Shown here: positions 48,453-61,590 of the stretch, one piece after another
How positions within the stretch are numbered: position 1 is the stretch's first letter
How the letters are laid out: every line of letters starts with the position of its first letter
From: Marsupella aquatica
Taxonomy: Eukaryota; Plantae; Marchantiophyta
NCBI GenBank assembly: GCA_973895155.1
Contig: OZ316892.1
Span: 26,683,233-26,747,232 of the forward strand
DNA: 64,000 nucleotides
Direction of reading: 5' to 3'
Notes under the pieces: model-generated
The model's database searches: none
Told to the model about the DNA's origin: nothing
The model's input: only the letters and a program-made list of their open reading frames with translations
Program-made: the position numbers and the translations under genes

Positions 48453-51400
48453 GGCTCCTGCTGTATAAAATGTCTATTATTGAGGGGAATCTAAATTCCT
48501 CCAGCTTTGCACAAATAAGTCCTTTAAAATCAACCCAGAGAAGTATATTTCTTTTCCAAGAAACAGGCTTGATGGGAGGAGAGCAACATCTCAAATGGAC
48601 CCAAAACAGTTTTTCCTTGGTTTTGGCTTTGGACCCCCCAACTTTAAACTAAGGGACTTTTGGGTCTACTGTTGCTAAGAGAAGAATGTGTCACATGAAA
48701 CCAAGACCGTAACTAAAGTGACATGGGTTTACTCAAATTGATTTGTTCTCTGCACCCTAAATTACCCTTCACTTTGGGCCATACCCTTACTCAACGCCTG
48801 TTTCTGGTGCCTGAAAGCCAGGCCCAATTGTGCAGCACAGAGGTGGTTTCCCTTTTAGCGTGCTGAGCATAGGCACTGGGCTAGGATGAATAATATTAAC
48901 CAAGAGTATAGTTGGCAGGGGAATTCAATCTGGGAAGTCTGTTTAAAATTGGATAGGCCATTGAGAGGTTTTCTGCTTCCTTATGGCCAGTTTAAAAGTG
49001 TTTCCTGAAAATCAAGCTGAAAACATTCATCCATGACATTTTTGACATGCCCAAATCCATCCTGACCATCCATATCCCCTAAGTGTCTGGGTCCAGATTC
49101 TCGAATATGTGGCTTTAATCTGAATTACTTGTTTCTCCCTATTAATAGTATTATTCATGGAGAGGAGAGACAAAAATATGAGTGAGGCCTATCAACCAAG
49201 TCTAGTCAACGCACTGGAAATGGTGAGGGCAGCCATTTTCTCGTGGGCCAGTTGTTGCCTAAACCTTACCTCAAAATCCAGGGGTCAGTACAACAAAGGA
49301 AAAAATGTACAACATCAGGCTGGCCAAACCCTGTCTAAAGTCCCCTCCTAGTTTCAAGATCAAATCAGATCTAACAGTTCTCTCCATACTGTCTATCAGA
49401 AAAATCAGACGGCTAGCATATGTTTGGTATCAAAGTGAGACAACTCCTAACCGAGTACTCAGGATGTTGTCGCCACCTTATTTCCCTTGGAAAATTAATA
49501 AAACATCGCCATCCTATTACAAAACTAGGGCACTTAGAATATGTTTGATAGCAAATCCTGCTGAGTACTGAGTATGTTGTCACCACCTTGCGTTTACTAA
49601 GCTTTTCCGTTTGCTGTTAGCAGGGCTTTTACTTCTTTTGTCGCTGTGGAGCACACTCAACGTGTTCGCTTCTTTTGTCTTCTTGGGGTTTATATTTATT
49701 CTCTCCACTTTATCTGGGTCTCTTGTCTTTGGGATGCTCTCTCCAGGTGGGGCGTAATTGGTTTTTTGACAGTGATCTACTGTATTTTTACTCTGAAAAA
49801 ACTACGAAAACATGGCAGGTCGATGCACCTTATTGTTTAATTTTTTTGCGAAGGTGTGAATTCAATTTGTTTCTATTGTTTTCATAACTTGTTTGGAATG
49901 AGGAATTAGTAATTAAATTATTTATTAACCAGAAAATGAACCGAAAATGCTGACCTCCGATAGACAACGGACGGCGATGACCAGGGATGGTGCCCGATCA
50001 AGCCAGATGGCACCATCTCCTCTTATCTCTAATCGGGACTAAAATGAATAGCACGTGGTGTAATTAGTGTGTGGTGGTGGACAGGCATAACCACGGTTAA
50101 CGGCGGGGACCGTGGACGGGTGGAAAGGCCGTGGCATCTAGTCCTGGGGATACGGAACGAATAAACTCTGGAGGGACGAATATGCGCTGGTCCCCCTTTT
50201 TTCGTGGACGGACAAGAACAAAGGGGGATGGGCAGAACGCTCGTAGGGTAGGGTTTCATGGACTGACGAGTGACGAGGGTAGGACTCAGGTTTAAATGTA
50301 CTCCCTACGGTAGGCTGGCAACTTGTACCTTCTGTAAGGGGGAGATGCTAGGGCATATACTTTATCTAATTTTACTAGGCTATCTTCGATCTGTACCACT
50401 AAACAGAGCCATCAGTTTGTGTTTTCTTTTTCGAATAAATAAACTCAGAGCCGAGAGTCGTCAGATTTGGCTAGTAGTGCAGTCTTGGCAGAATATTCGT
50501 TAAGTTTTACTCCAGAATATATATAATAATGCCGAATTATTTTCTTATTTTTCTATTACCTAATTTTTAAAATAATGTATAAGCTGAAAAGTGGGTGTTC
50601 AGAGTTGAGACCAGACCCAGAGACTTTTGAATATTCTTAGAATTTGCATCATATAACCCTTTCCGAGGATTCACGTGCATGTTGTCAGTAAGGCCCAAAT
50701 TTAATTAATTATTGATGAAGTGGGCTATTCGGGCTATCCAGGATGGCACTATAATAATAAACCCTGTGGCTCAGTGGGAAACTGGCTATTGTTTGGGACC
50801 CAGGAACCCATCCAGATTTGCCCAACATAGTGAAAGGTTTTGGTGGAGAGAAATGTGGCAAAAATTCAGCACATAAAGAATAACTTAGTGGACTAGGACT
50901 AGTCCCTTCTGGCTAGACTTGGGGACATATGACATGTTGTGTATGGGGCAGATGGATATTGGGCATGCTCCATTGGTTGACAAGAGTAGGGACTAGGTAC
51001 TGCTTCCGCCCTCATCATATTCTTTGTAGACTTGGGGACAGATGAAATGTCTTATGTGGGTAGGAAGAATTGGTGTTGGGCACGGTTTCATGGGCCAATG
51101 AGGATAGTACTAGAGAATTCTTCCACCCAGAATTGTGTTTGGAGGCAATATTTTCTGTCCATGGGAGGTGGCGGCCCAAAACAAAGTGTAGGATATACCA
51201 GGGGGTTATATTAGAGTATTGTTTTTTCTCTGATTTAAACTAACCTTATAGGATTTTAGGGTAGGTTATGAATTTGAATAGCTATTGGGAAAGTTACAAA
51301 TTAAAGCTACCGGCAAACTGAAAAGGCGCATCAGAATTTATAAATCAAGGAAAAAGAAAGTACAATGAAAGGAAAGAGTAAAGAGTTCCAATAGGACAAA

Positions 51401-52254
51401 CACCTAACCAGAAGAAAGAAAAGCAGATGTAAACCTAAAAAATGACCCCAAAAAAAAAGAAAAAAAAGTCAAACACTACATGAGTGCAAACTCAATGACT
51501 GTACATTGGAATATGTGACAAGAGCAAAAGTTAGTTAGAAATGATTTCTCACTCAATCCCCCAACCTCCCGGTTTCATCTACTGAGTGAAAGCCACCATT
51601 GGTTGGATCACAATGTTTTCCCAGATTTTGCAACTAATCTGGTAACTATGCAGTGGTTGGTTGAGAGTTGAAGGGACATATCTAACGTTATTTCCACACT
51701 TTGAAGTACCGTGTGTGGGGTATAATAGAAACAAGGCCTGCCCACTCTCCGTTGAAGCTCTGAATGTGTTTTGCCTTGGGAGAGGCTTAACGTTACATTC
51801 CAACCACAAAAGTAGTAGGCCATTAGCCTCAAATCCCTAGGAAACTATGGGATCCTTCTAATTTCCATGTAGCAACACCCCCCCTCCCTCGCTCTGCGGC
51901 GTATGGAACTACCCATCCGACCTGGATTGTCTCCTTTGTGGGTGGCTTTACAACCGTCTCAAGATGGTTTAGTAACTTGGATTGACTCACAATCTGGGAA
52001 GACATCTAGGGTTAGGGTGGGGGGAAATTGGGCACTACATAGTTGATACCCTAGCAGAAAGAGTATGCCTAGGGTATTATCATCAGGTTGGATATCAACT
52101 TAGATGTAGGACCACACAAGATTTGCTGTGTAGGGCATGAGATGCCTAAACCAGACAGAAGGCCTGATGTCCACAAATTTGTGGCCTACACAAGACTTTG
52201 GGAGTAAGTGAGACAGTACTCCTTTAGGCAACCTCATGGAGCTTGGCCCTGAAA

Positions 52255-52840
52255 TGATTATATGGTGAATCCATCTTCCAGTATTTTGTCTTATTCAAAC
52301 TTCTTTTCTTGTGTATTTTAATTCAATGTGTCTTACCAAGGTGCATCCCTTGTATACTTTAGATTTTGAATTTAATCTGGCACCCCTCTAAATTTTTCAA
52401 TCTTTACTATACTTTTGATCATCCACCCTTTAACAAAGCTCATGGAAGTTCTAGCCCTTAGTGAAGAAGAAATGATCTAATTAAAGTGCACTCCTCATGT
52501 CTTTAAGTTCTACTCATGGTTTTGTGTCCTAAATTTATGGTTTTAATTCATTTGAGTGTCATTACCTAAGATAAGTACATAAATTTCTTTACTGGTGTAT
52601 AGTATGTGCAGAACCCAATACCATAGACTTAAATTTTTCCTGTTCATTGTTACTTTTCTTTACATGTGTACTTTTATTCTTGTACCTTATGTGCACAATT
52701 TTTCAATGTCAGGCTTCCTAATCAATGTCTTATTTATATTTGCCACAAAAAAATTAGATCACCTGTATTTCACTAAAAAATTTAAACTTTTTGCTAGAGG
52801 ACAAAATAACTTTTCATGTTCCAGGATGAGTATGCTATAT
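52255..52840 (-). mobile_element. Inverted copy of the dispersed repeat at 1713-2287
   Basis: Its reverse complement aligns along the whole length, ending catgttccaggatgagtatgctatat (cf. atatagcatgctcatcctggaacatg). Confidence 0.7.
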
Positions 52841-55067
52841 AATAAGGATGAGTACTAGTTTTAGCAATCACTCTCATTCAAAGGGCAGGTTTCCATGAAA
52901 CTACAGGCTAAACCCTGCTACCGTTGTCAAGATGTTTGCTCAATCAGACATGTAGTTAGATGGGACGAAGGGGTGTAAAAATTGGGAGAGGAGTGGCTTG
53001 AAATTAGTGATTACCTGCACCTTTGGCATATATTTCTATGTGCATCCCTAAATTTTGCTTTAGAGCATTACCAATGCTTTTGACATAGTTTTGTGTTTGT
53101 CATCCATCCCTTTCATTTCTATAATAGATCTAAATTTTCTAGTAAGTCATATGAAACCTCCCCAAAAGGAGTACCAAATCAACAGAGCTATTTACATTGA
53201 TGAGATCTGAATGTGAAGATCGTATGAACCTTCATTGCTTACAAAACAACGGATAGATTTTGGTAGCCTAGTGAATTGCAGCAAAACTCTCTTTATATCA
53301 TATAAATTACAAAGATGTGATGTGTGCCAAGAAAGTGAGATAGTAGTTTTGGAAATTTTGTAACTTTCTCAAGTCTCGTTGAAATATTGGAAAGATCTTT
53401 CCAAGGCGTCTCTAACAACCCCACAGACCCAGAAAATAAGATTCCGGGATATCAAGGGAGACACTAATGTCAAAGTTAGCTGCCAACAAACTTTGGGAAG
53501 CATATAGTGTTGATAGCGAGTGATGGAATGATGTTTAGAAATTTCTAATTCTCTCAGGTCTTCATGAAACTGGAGATATTTCCGAGCCACTTATAACATG
53601 CTTCGGCTGCATCCATGGGAGCATCACCTTCAAAAAAATGTTTGTTCTTTGACATGGAAAGACTATATTTGGATTCCTATTAAGCATACATATTGAATAT
53701 TAGTTGGTACCTTCAAGTAGAAGTGAACAATGATTGGTACCTCAAGGGAGTAGACACAGGAGTTGTATAGATTCGGAGACTTGGGAGTGCATTTGAATGC
53801 TGATTGCTGTTTCAGGAAAATGGATACCAGTATGTCCTACTAGTCTTGGGGAATACATGGAACCCAGTCGACCATGAGAGGGAGGGCACCCTCACCTACT
53901 GACCGTCCCTCTACCACGAGGATTATCAGGATAATAATGCAAAACTGTATGATTATGTCTTCTAAAATTATAGCACATATATAAATATGTTTTTTCTAGA
54001 TCTCATTATCAAATTTTAAATAAAATATATGCACTAATAAGTCAGTGTTTACATCAAGGTGCTCCTAATACTCTTGGGATGTGCTTAACAATTTGTCCTC
54101 ATCTTTCTCGTTTTCTTTTTGTATCATTCTGTCATTAGAACTTAATTCTTCTTCTCTAATATGTGATCCTGCCAAGAAGGACCGTTTGTTTCCAAAATTA
54201 AACGAGACAGGAATCCATTCCCTATCTTTGGATTTATTCTTGAGTTTTTCTGAGCAGTCACATTCTCCACAAGGGACACTGAAACAAGGTTTGGGAGCCT
54301 CTGAAAACTTAATTAATTAAGAGAAACTCTACTTGTTGGTTCTGATTGATCGATGCATGCACTCCAAAGTTACCTTAAAAGATGACAGTTGCCAACAATG
54401 CTTAACAGTAACACGAGGAAAGCTACCAACCATCAGATTTTTTAGATAGACAAACGAGATCAGATTAATATTTTCATATTCATTAATAAGATATAATCAA
54501 TTAACAATTAATTAACTAGTCATACTACCATACTAATCATAATTAATTTATCCATCATCTCTTAAATTAATGGAAACCTCCCAAAATCAGTAGACTGTGT
54601 CACTGTGGAACGAAGCCACTAGGCCCTTCTGTGATTTAGCCCTAATAAGAAAACTCGCTCTAAACTCTTGACATGATTAATTAATTAATTATTTAATCAA
54701 TTGATTAAGGAGAGTAGGAAGCAGTAAGCCGGATAAGCGAGAGGCGGGCAACGGCACCGCAAGTGGGTGATGACATCGATCTCCAGCCGTCCGCCGGTGA
54801 CGATCCGTCGGCCAGATGAGCCCGCGGTTGCGGTCGGGTCAGGTCAGATCCGGGTTCGGGTTTGGGACTTTGCGAAGAGCAGAGTACTTGTTCCAATTCT
54901 CGAACTCAAGGAAGTCTTCTTCTCGACGAACGAGCCGATCCCATCCCACAGGAAGGGACTGGAGACAGGGAGGAGGGGACGAGAGGACGAGCAGGAGGAG
55001 AAATTGGTCGATCGAAAATCGGAGCGAAAACGAGGGAGGGAACTGGTCGAGGAGCAAGCGCTTCGCC

Positions 55068-57374
55068 ATGGTGTCGGATACGATTTTGGGCCCCGTGTTC
55101 GTGTTGTGGTTCGTGCCACTCGCTTGCATCGTGGGCATTGTGTTCGCTCTCGTGCAATGGTGGATTGTGTCGGGGGTGACGGTGTCCGGAGCTTCGAGCG
55201 CCAATGGAGGGAGCAATGGTGGGCATCACACCCATCACCTGCTGGATTCCGAGGACGGGCATGATGAGCACTCGATGGTGAAGAAGGTGGCCGAGATCCA
55301 GGACGCGATCTCTGAGGGCGCGGAGTCGTTTTTGACGACCGAGTATCAGTATCTCGGCATTTTCTTGACTCTGTTCTCGGTGCTGATCTTCCTCTTTTTG
55401 GGGTCCGTCGACGGTTTCAGCTTCAAGTCTGTCCCTTGCGTGGACGATGAGACGAAGAAGTGCGCTGCCCCCCTGGCCAATGCGTTCTTTAGCACTGTGG
55501 CATTCATTCTGGGAGCTGTGACTTCCATCTTGTCTGGATATCTGGGCATGAAGATCGCAACCTATGCGAATGCGAGAACTGCGTTGGAGGCGAGGAAGTC
55601 CGTCGGCGCGGCCTTCATTGTGGCTTTCCGTTCCGGAGCTGTGATGGGGTTCCTCCTCGCTGCAAACGGTCTTCTGGTTCTCTTCATCACCATTGTTCTG
55701 TTCAAGCTCTACTTTGGTGATGACTGGGTCGGTCTTTACGAGTCTATCACCGGATACGGACTCGGAGGATCGTCTGTGGCTCTTTTTGGACGTGTCGGTG
55801 GTGGTATTTACACCAAGGCTGCCGATGTTGGTGCGGATCTTGTCGGGAAGATCGAGCAGGGTATCCCCGAAGATGACCCGAGGAACCCCGCCGTGATTGC
55901 GGACAATGTAGGAGACAATGTTGGTGATATTGCAGGCATGGGTGCTGATCTGTTCGGATCCTTCGCCGAGTCTACCTGCGCGGCCCTGGTCATTTCTTCT
56001 CTGTCCTCCTTCGGTGCAGAGAGGAGTTTTGTTGCTATGAGCTATCCACTGCTGATCAGTGCCACCGGAATTTTGGTTTGCCTCATCACCACCCTGTTTG
56101 CCACTGACTTCATCACCATCAGGAAGACCGAGTATATTGAGGTTTCACTGAAGGCACAGCTGACGATCTCAACCGTGTTGGCAACGGGGGCCATTGTGGC
56201 AGTTTCGTACCTCGCATTGCCCACTGACATCAAAATCAACGTTATCGGCAAGCCTGACCTCGACGCGAAGTGGTGGTCCATTGCCATCGCTGTCATTTCT
56301 GGACTGTGGGCTGGACTCATCATTGGCTTCGTGACTGAGTACTTCACGAGCAACACCTACTCTCCCGTCCGCGAGGTTGCTAACGCGTGCAAGACCGGAG
56401 CTGCAACAAACATCATTTTTGGCCTCGCTCTCGGATACAAGTCTGTCATCGTTCCCGTTTTTGCCATCGCTGCTGCAATCTACGTCAGCTACACCTTCGC
56501 TGCAATGTACGGTATCGCTGTTGCTGCTTTGGGAATGCTGAGCACTATCGCAACTGGACTGGCTATTGATGCATATGGACCCATCAGTGACAATGCTGGT
56601 GGTATCGCCGAGATGGCTGGCATGAAGGAAAGCGTGCGAGATACTACCGATGCCCTTGACGCAGCAGGAAACACCACCGCTGCCATCGGAAAGGGGTTCG
56701 CCATTGGATCGGCTGCCCTTGTGTCTCTTGCTCTGTTCGGAGCGTATGTGAGCCGAGCAGGAATTGAATCCGTAGACGTTATTCAGGCCCAGACATTTGT
56801 GGGATTGATTATTGGCGCAATGCTGCCGTACTGGTTCTCTGCAATGACAATGAAGAGTGTCGGGAAGGCCGCTTTGGCTATGGTTGAGGAGGTCAGGAGG
56901 CAATTCAGGACTCTCCCGGGGATCATGGAGGGTACAACCAAGCCGGACTACAAGAGATGCGTCGCTATTTCCACCGATGCTTCTCTCAAGGAGATGATCC
57001 CCCCTGGTTTGCTCGTGATGCTTACTCCCCTGATTGTAGGTTTTCTGTTTGGAGTGAATACCCTGGCTGGACTTTTGGCCGGCGCGTTGGTATCCGGAGT
57101 TCAGATCGCCATCTCTGCATCCAACACTGGTGGAGCCTGGGACAATGCTAAGAAATTCATTGAGGCTGGTAACTCTGAGGAGGCCAGAGCTCTCGGACCT
57201 AAGGGATCTGACGCCCACAAGGCTGCTGTCATTGGCGATACCGTGGGAGACCCACTGAAGGATACATCAGGACCATCACTGAACATCCTCATCAAGCTTA
57301 TGGCCGTCGAGTCTCTTGTGTTCGCGCCATTCTTTGCCGCACACGGTGGTTTCCTTCTCAAGTACTTATCTTAG
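55068..57374 (+). CDS. VHP1: Type I (K+-dependent) vacuolar H+-translocating inorganic pyrophosphatase, 768 aa, single exon
   Basis: Motifs [69 protein letters not shown] (Ala marks K+ dependence), GGAWDNAKK and [17 protein letters not shown]. Start gccATGg at 55068 gives an AVP1-like length; an in-frame upstream ATG exists at 54816. Confidence 0.96.
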   Translation: MVSDTILGPVFVLWFVPLACIVGIVFALVQWWIVSGVTVSGASSANGGSNGGHHTHHLLDSEDGHDEHSMVKKVAEIQDAISEGAESFLTTEYQYLGIFLTLFSVLIFLFLGSVDGFSFKSVPCVDDETKKCAAPLANAFFSTVAFILGAVTSILSGYLGMKIATYANARTALEARKSVGAAFIVAFRSGAVMGFLLAANGLLVLFITIVLFKLYFGDDWVGLYESITGYGLGGSSVALFGRVGGGIYTKAADVGADLVGKIEQGIPEDDPRNPAVIADNVGDNVGDIAGMGADLFGSFAESTCAALVISSLSSFGAERSFVAMSYPLLISATGILVCLITTLFATDFITIRKTEYIEVSLKAQLTISTVLATGAIVAVSYLALPTDIKINVIGKPDLDAKWWSIAIAVISGLWAGLIIGFVTEYFTSNTYSPVREVANACKTGAATNIIFGLALGYKSVIVPVFAIAAAIYVSYTFAAMYGIAVAALGMLSTIATGLAIDAYGPISDNAGGIAEMAGMKESVRDTTDALDAAGNTTAAIGKGFAIGSAALVSLALFGAYVSRAGIESVDVIQAQTFVGLIIGAMLPYWFSAMTMKSVGKAALAMVEEVRRQFRTLPGIMEGTTKPDYKRCVAISTDASLKEMIPPGLLVMLTPLIVGFLFGVNTLAGLLAGALVSGVQIAISASNTGGAWDNAKKFIEAGNSEEARALGPKGSDAHKAAVIGDTVGDPLKDTSGPSLNILIKLMAVESLVFAPFFAAHGGFLLKYLS

Positions 57375-58204
57375 TCGAACGATCCTCAGCTTGCTTTTGA
57401 AGCACAGCTCAGGTTCGGTAGGTTAAATACACCTCTGGGAAGATTTTCAAGGACCCGACTCCATTGTTGGCCATCTCATTTTTTTGGAGCCTTCCCTTGT
57501 GTATTGTCAATCTTTCAATTCCAAATATTAATGGAAGCTTCGAGCGATTTTGCTGATTTATACTAATTTTCTCGGAGCCGATTGACCCGACGAAGGTCGC
57601 AGAATGTCGCATCTATTTTGAACCTGTGATGTGTTCCGTGGATTTTCGTTTAATTCCGGGATGAGAATTGTCCAAGTTGCGGGCATGGCGGACATTTGGA
57701 TTAGGGTTTGATAAAGGTTACGACGAGTTTGGACGATGTAGGAACCTTTCGGGTTTGATTTCATCATCGTGGAGGCGCAGGTGTTTAACTGGAGCTCAAT
57801 TTCAAATTGGTCGTATTGCATGCTCCAGGTTGGATGGTGGTAGCCCAACTTCTGAGATAAGTTGAATTACATTCAACAGATCTACTTCGCCAGTCGATCT
57901 GTTACGTACAACCTGCTTTACCTCCCCCACCGACGCACGACTTGTGGCGGTACATTCGGAAGGATTATGGACTTCTGACTTTCATCTGAGCTGATAGGTC
58001 TGCCTTGTCTGATTCTGAGATCTATTAGTACTGTCTCCAGTCAATGGATCTTCAATATCCTATTGAATTACAGGTTGGTTGAAGGGTCTCGATGTTAGGA
58101 TTTACTAACGCATCAGAGTCCAGGTACGTGTACTTTCAGACATTGATGAAGACTTCCCGATCTACCGCCAATTTATCGTATTACTGTGCTAGCGTCCATA
58201 TCCA

Positions 58205-58236
58205 AACCTGGAAAGTGTGCCCACACTTTCCAGGTT
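58205..58236. repeat. 32-bp palindrome (15-bp perfect arms, 2-nt loop)
   Basis: aacctggaaagtgtg-cc-cacactttccaggtt. Confidence 0.9.
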
Positions 58237-61200
58237 GGTGCTGCTGTTCCAATCACACACTTTTGGTCGATCCGAAAAGCTCCCTTCAAACGATTCACAT
58301 CCAGAGAAAAACAATAGTCGCTCACATTTGTCACATGGTCAAGAGTTGCTTGGTCGAAACGCACTCCCTCGAAACGATTCCCTATCCAAAGAAGAAACAA
58401 CGGTGGACGCTCGGAGTTCCGTGGGTCGGTATGCAAGTCTTTCATCTCCCACCCGCGGGCAGCAGGAGGTGGATCCACATTTCTCAAAGCAATGCAGCCA
58501 AATTAGCTTATTCTCGCAGACCTATTTCCGAGAGATGCCGACACGCAGTCGTAGACTCTAGACACCTATGCTTGCTTCCCGATGTCTGACGATCATATCA
58601 CCTACAGAAATCTAAATATCACTGGACAGCTTACCCACCCGCTTCCCTCCAAAATCCTCCCAACCGTCCAGCTCTGCTCCAGGACGTGTCTGACATAGCC
58701 CCGCTTGCAAAACCAGATTGCTTCCTCTGCCTGCAGCCTATCTTTTCGCCTTCATCACTCAACTGGCTCCCATTGGTTTCCTGTCTCGGTACACTCCCAC
58801 GCGTTTGGTGGCCGTGTCTCTCCGCGCGCATCACCATATCCCTCGTGTCCATGCAGCAACCCCAACTTTGTACTGGTGCGTGAACAGCGGTACCGAACGT
58901 CGTTTGAGGTGCGCATTGAAGAGCGAAGACAGAATGATCCCCCAAATAGAGAGAGAGAGAGAAAAGACTGTTTATCGGAGATTGAGATTGAACTAGTCTA
59001 CTTCCCCAACTTTTTTCACCTCTTCCTGATTGGACGGTGAAGCCGTTCAGTGCTGGTCTCTCGAGGTGCTTAGCTCTCAATCTTTATGTGATCTTTACCT
59101 CCAGCCTGGATTTTCAGTGCTGAGCTTTTTCGTTCCATACTAATCTTGAACGAACTTTCGAATACGTTAAGAATTACTCGAAATGGAAAGTTCAAAGATT
59201 TACTCCTGACCTGACCATTAGATTTCCATAGATTTTAGGAGAGCAGTCAGATGGTGGGTAATGGACCCTGTGGTGTGATGGGAAACTGGGGAATGCGGGC
59301 TGAAAAGGTGGCCAATGATTTAGGGGGAGATGGATTTCGCAAACTTTCACCACTGGAAAATAAGCATTTGGGTAATTTCACATTCAAATGTAACCATATA
59401 CTAAGATTAGCTTAGTGATTTAAAGAGAGTAATTGGGCTTTTATGGTACCCAAGGACATCTTATATCCATACATTGTCACATTTTGATGATGTGCAATTA
59501 CCAGTATCTATTTTGGTGTACAATTAAGAGTATCCAAAAAATACCCAGAGGATCCTCTATTCTACACTCATAAAGTTCCTTTGACTTTTTACCTCCTCCA
59601 TGACTCCTCTTGTGCCTGTTTTTCTCTTCTTACGGTTAGAATGATGACCTCACTTCCTTTATGTACATCTTCTCTTGACGCTGCATTTCGCTATCTATCT
59701 TCATGTGGTCGTGTGATCTTATCCTCCAGCACTGGTTCTAATTTAAGTGTTTTTGCTTTGAAACCAGCAAATAGGATTGTGCGCAGATATGTGTGTTTCT
59801 TGCCTTGAAAGCTGCATGTGGATCAAACGACAGTAACAGATTGAAGATCATCACCTTCATGTGATATATTCTCTTTCTTTTTAAAGGGAAAACCGTCTTG
59901 CCTTGAAAGTTGCCTATGGATGAGTAACAAATTGAATATCTTTTCGCTTTTTTGTTTGAATGGGGAGGGAACCTGGTTTTTACTTTTGAGGGTTTTTGTA
60001 TAAAAGACCTACAACTACCATAGGAGCCTATGTCCATGACACGGTTTGACCTGCCCTAAGCCTGTTGGCAGAGAGCCATCTTCATGTGATCTTTGTACTC
60101 GAGTGGATCTTCCTTTTTGTGCCTTAAAAGTTTGTCACCAATATTACATGAGCATTACACATAGGAGTTCCAGGATGAATAATGAGTGCCTAGCTTTTAT
60201 CTGTCTTCCTTTCTTTCTTTCTACCTTCCTACTGCAGTTCTCACCTCCTTCATGACTCTCAAAGTCTCTAGTGATCTGCCATGCCCTTTCTGCATCTTTC
60301 ACTGAGCCAATGATCTGGGAGTTGGGTTTAGGTTGCTTGGAAGCAGTATTTTAATAAAGAAAAAGCTCGCCTATGGGGGAGGGATGGGCAGCCAACACAG
60401 GGAAGCCCGGGAAACCACACACAACAAACCCATAATTGGTTTTGTAGTCTCCATCTTTTGCCTCGTTCTTGCTTGCCTTGGAATGGAAAGATAACTCATC
60501 TCCGTCTTCTGATATGATTTTCCATTTCATATGGGGATTGTGAAAGAATCTGGGAGGGTGGTGGATTATGGCGGGGGCACTCAAGTATGCTACCTCTAGC
60601 CTGGTGATTCTATTCTTTACTTGTGATTTCTTCTTTCCTCAAATATTCTGAGTTGTGAATTATTTCCCCTAATGAAAGACAAAAGCCTGGCAAATATTTA
60701 CCATGCAAAACTGGCAAATACTCTTCAGTGAGGTGGAATTTGACGATTTTCTGCCACTAAAAAAAAGGCTGGACTAATGGCTGATGGCGAGGGAGAACTT
60801 TAGTATGCTACCCACAGCCTATATAAAGGGAGAAGTGATCAATTTTGAATGAGGGATGCTTGATTTTGTCTTTTACCCTGTTTTCATGTGCCATTTTGCC
60901 ATGATGTAGTGTCATCGTTGCATTTGAAGGTTGGGCTTTCTCCGGATTCTCCTTTCTTTGAAAAAGGCAACAATGGCCAATGAGCGATACATTTGAATGC
61001 TGTGTCTTATCTGGTGGTTCTAAATATTGGACGGTGAATATTTTGACATTTTTAGATGAACTTTCTCCAGGCCAGTTTCTAATAACCTCACCTTTTTCAC
61101 AATTGTCTTGCTGCGTTTTGGTTGTGTACCTGTAAATATATATATTTGTAATTGTTTTTGTTGTCTCATCTAAACTTTTTGTTGTCTCATCTCAGAAGAA

Positions 61201-61419
61201 CTTCTCTACATAGAGGCCTAGCCTTGAATTATTGTCTGACCCTTTGATCTCCCTACTTAGATTTAAGGATGACCTTTAAATTTTGGCTAATGGGGTCTGC
61301 CGCGAGGTGGGAAACTGGCTAATGGAAAACAGAATAGCTAGGGATTTCCACCAAGAGCTCAACTTCCTAGAGTAGATAGACTGATCACCTAAAAATCAGC
61401 ATTCCTTCATTACCTAGGA

Positions 61420-61590
61420 AATTTACTTGGTAGGTCCTTGAAAAGAAAACACAACTTGGTGGGGTAAAATTTAAGGGTAAAAATTCAGCAACTTACCTCC
61501 CAATTTACTTGGTAGGTCCTTGAGAAGAAAAAATAAAATTAAGGGTAAAAAATTCATCAACTTACTTCCCAATTTACTTGGTGGGTCCAT
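61420..61590. repeat. Three degenerate tandem units (~70-82 bp)
   Basis: aatttacttggt(a/g)ggtcc at ~61420, 61502 and 61571. Confidence 0.7.

Noticed and set aside
49987-50034. Hairpin gatggtgcc..ggcaccatc followed by CTAAT as a Helitron terminus
   Set aside because: Only a 9-bp stem with a 14-nt loop and no supporting element; compatible with chance.
56169-57218. 349-aa minus-strand ORF
   Set aside because: Antisense shadow of the GC-rich H+-PPase CDS, with no independent motifs.
58189-58236. Helitron 3' end (hairpin followed 12 nt later by CTAG on the minus strand)
   Set aside because: CTAG is followed by C rather than the expected T, the hairpin is longer than typical, and no 5' TC end or second copy is visible.
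58092-59080. Overlapping 100-165-aa ORFs downstream of the H+-PPase as a gene
   Set aside because: Similar-length ORFs occur on both strands in GC-richer DNA with no recognisable motif; none can be supported.
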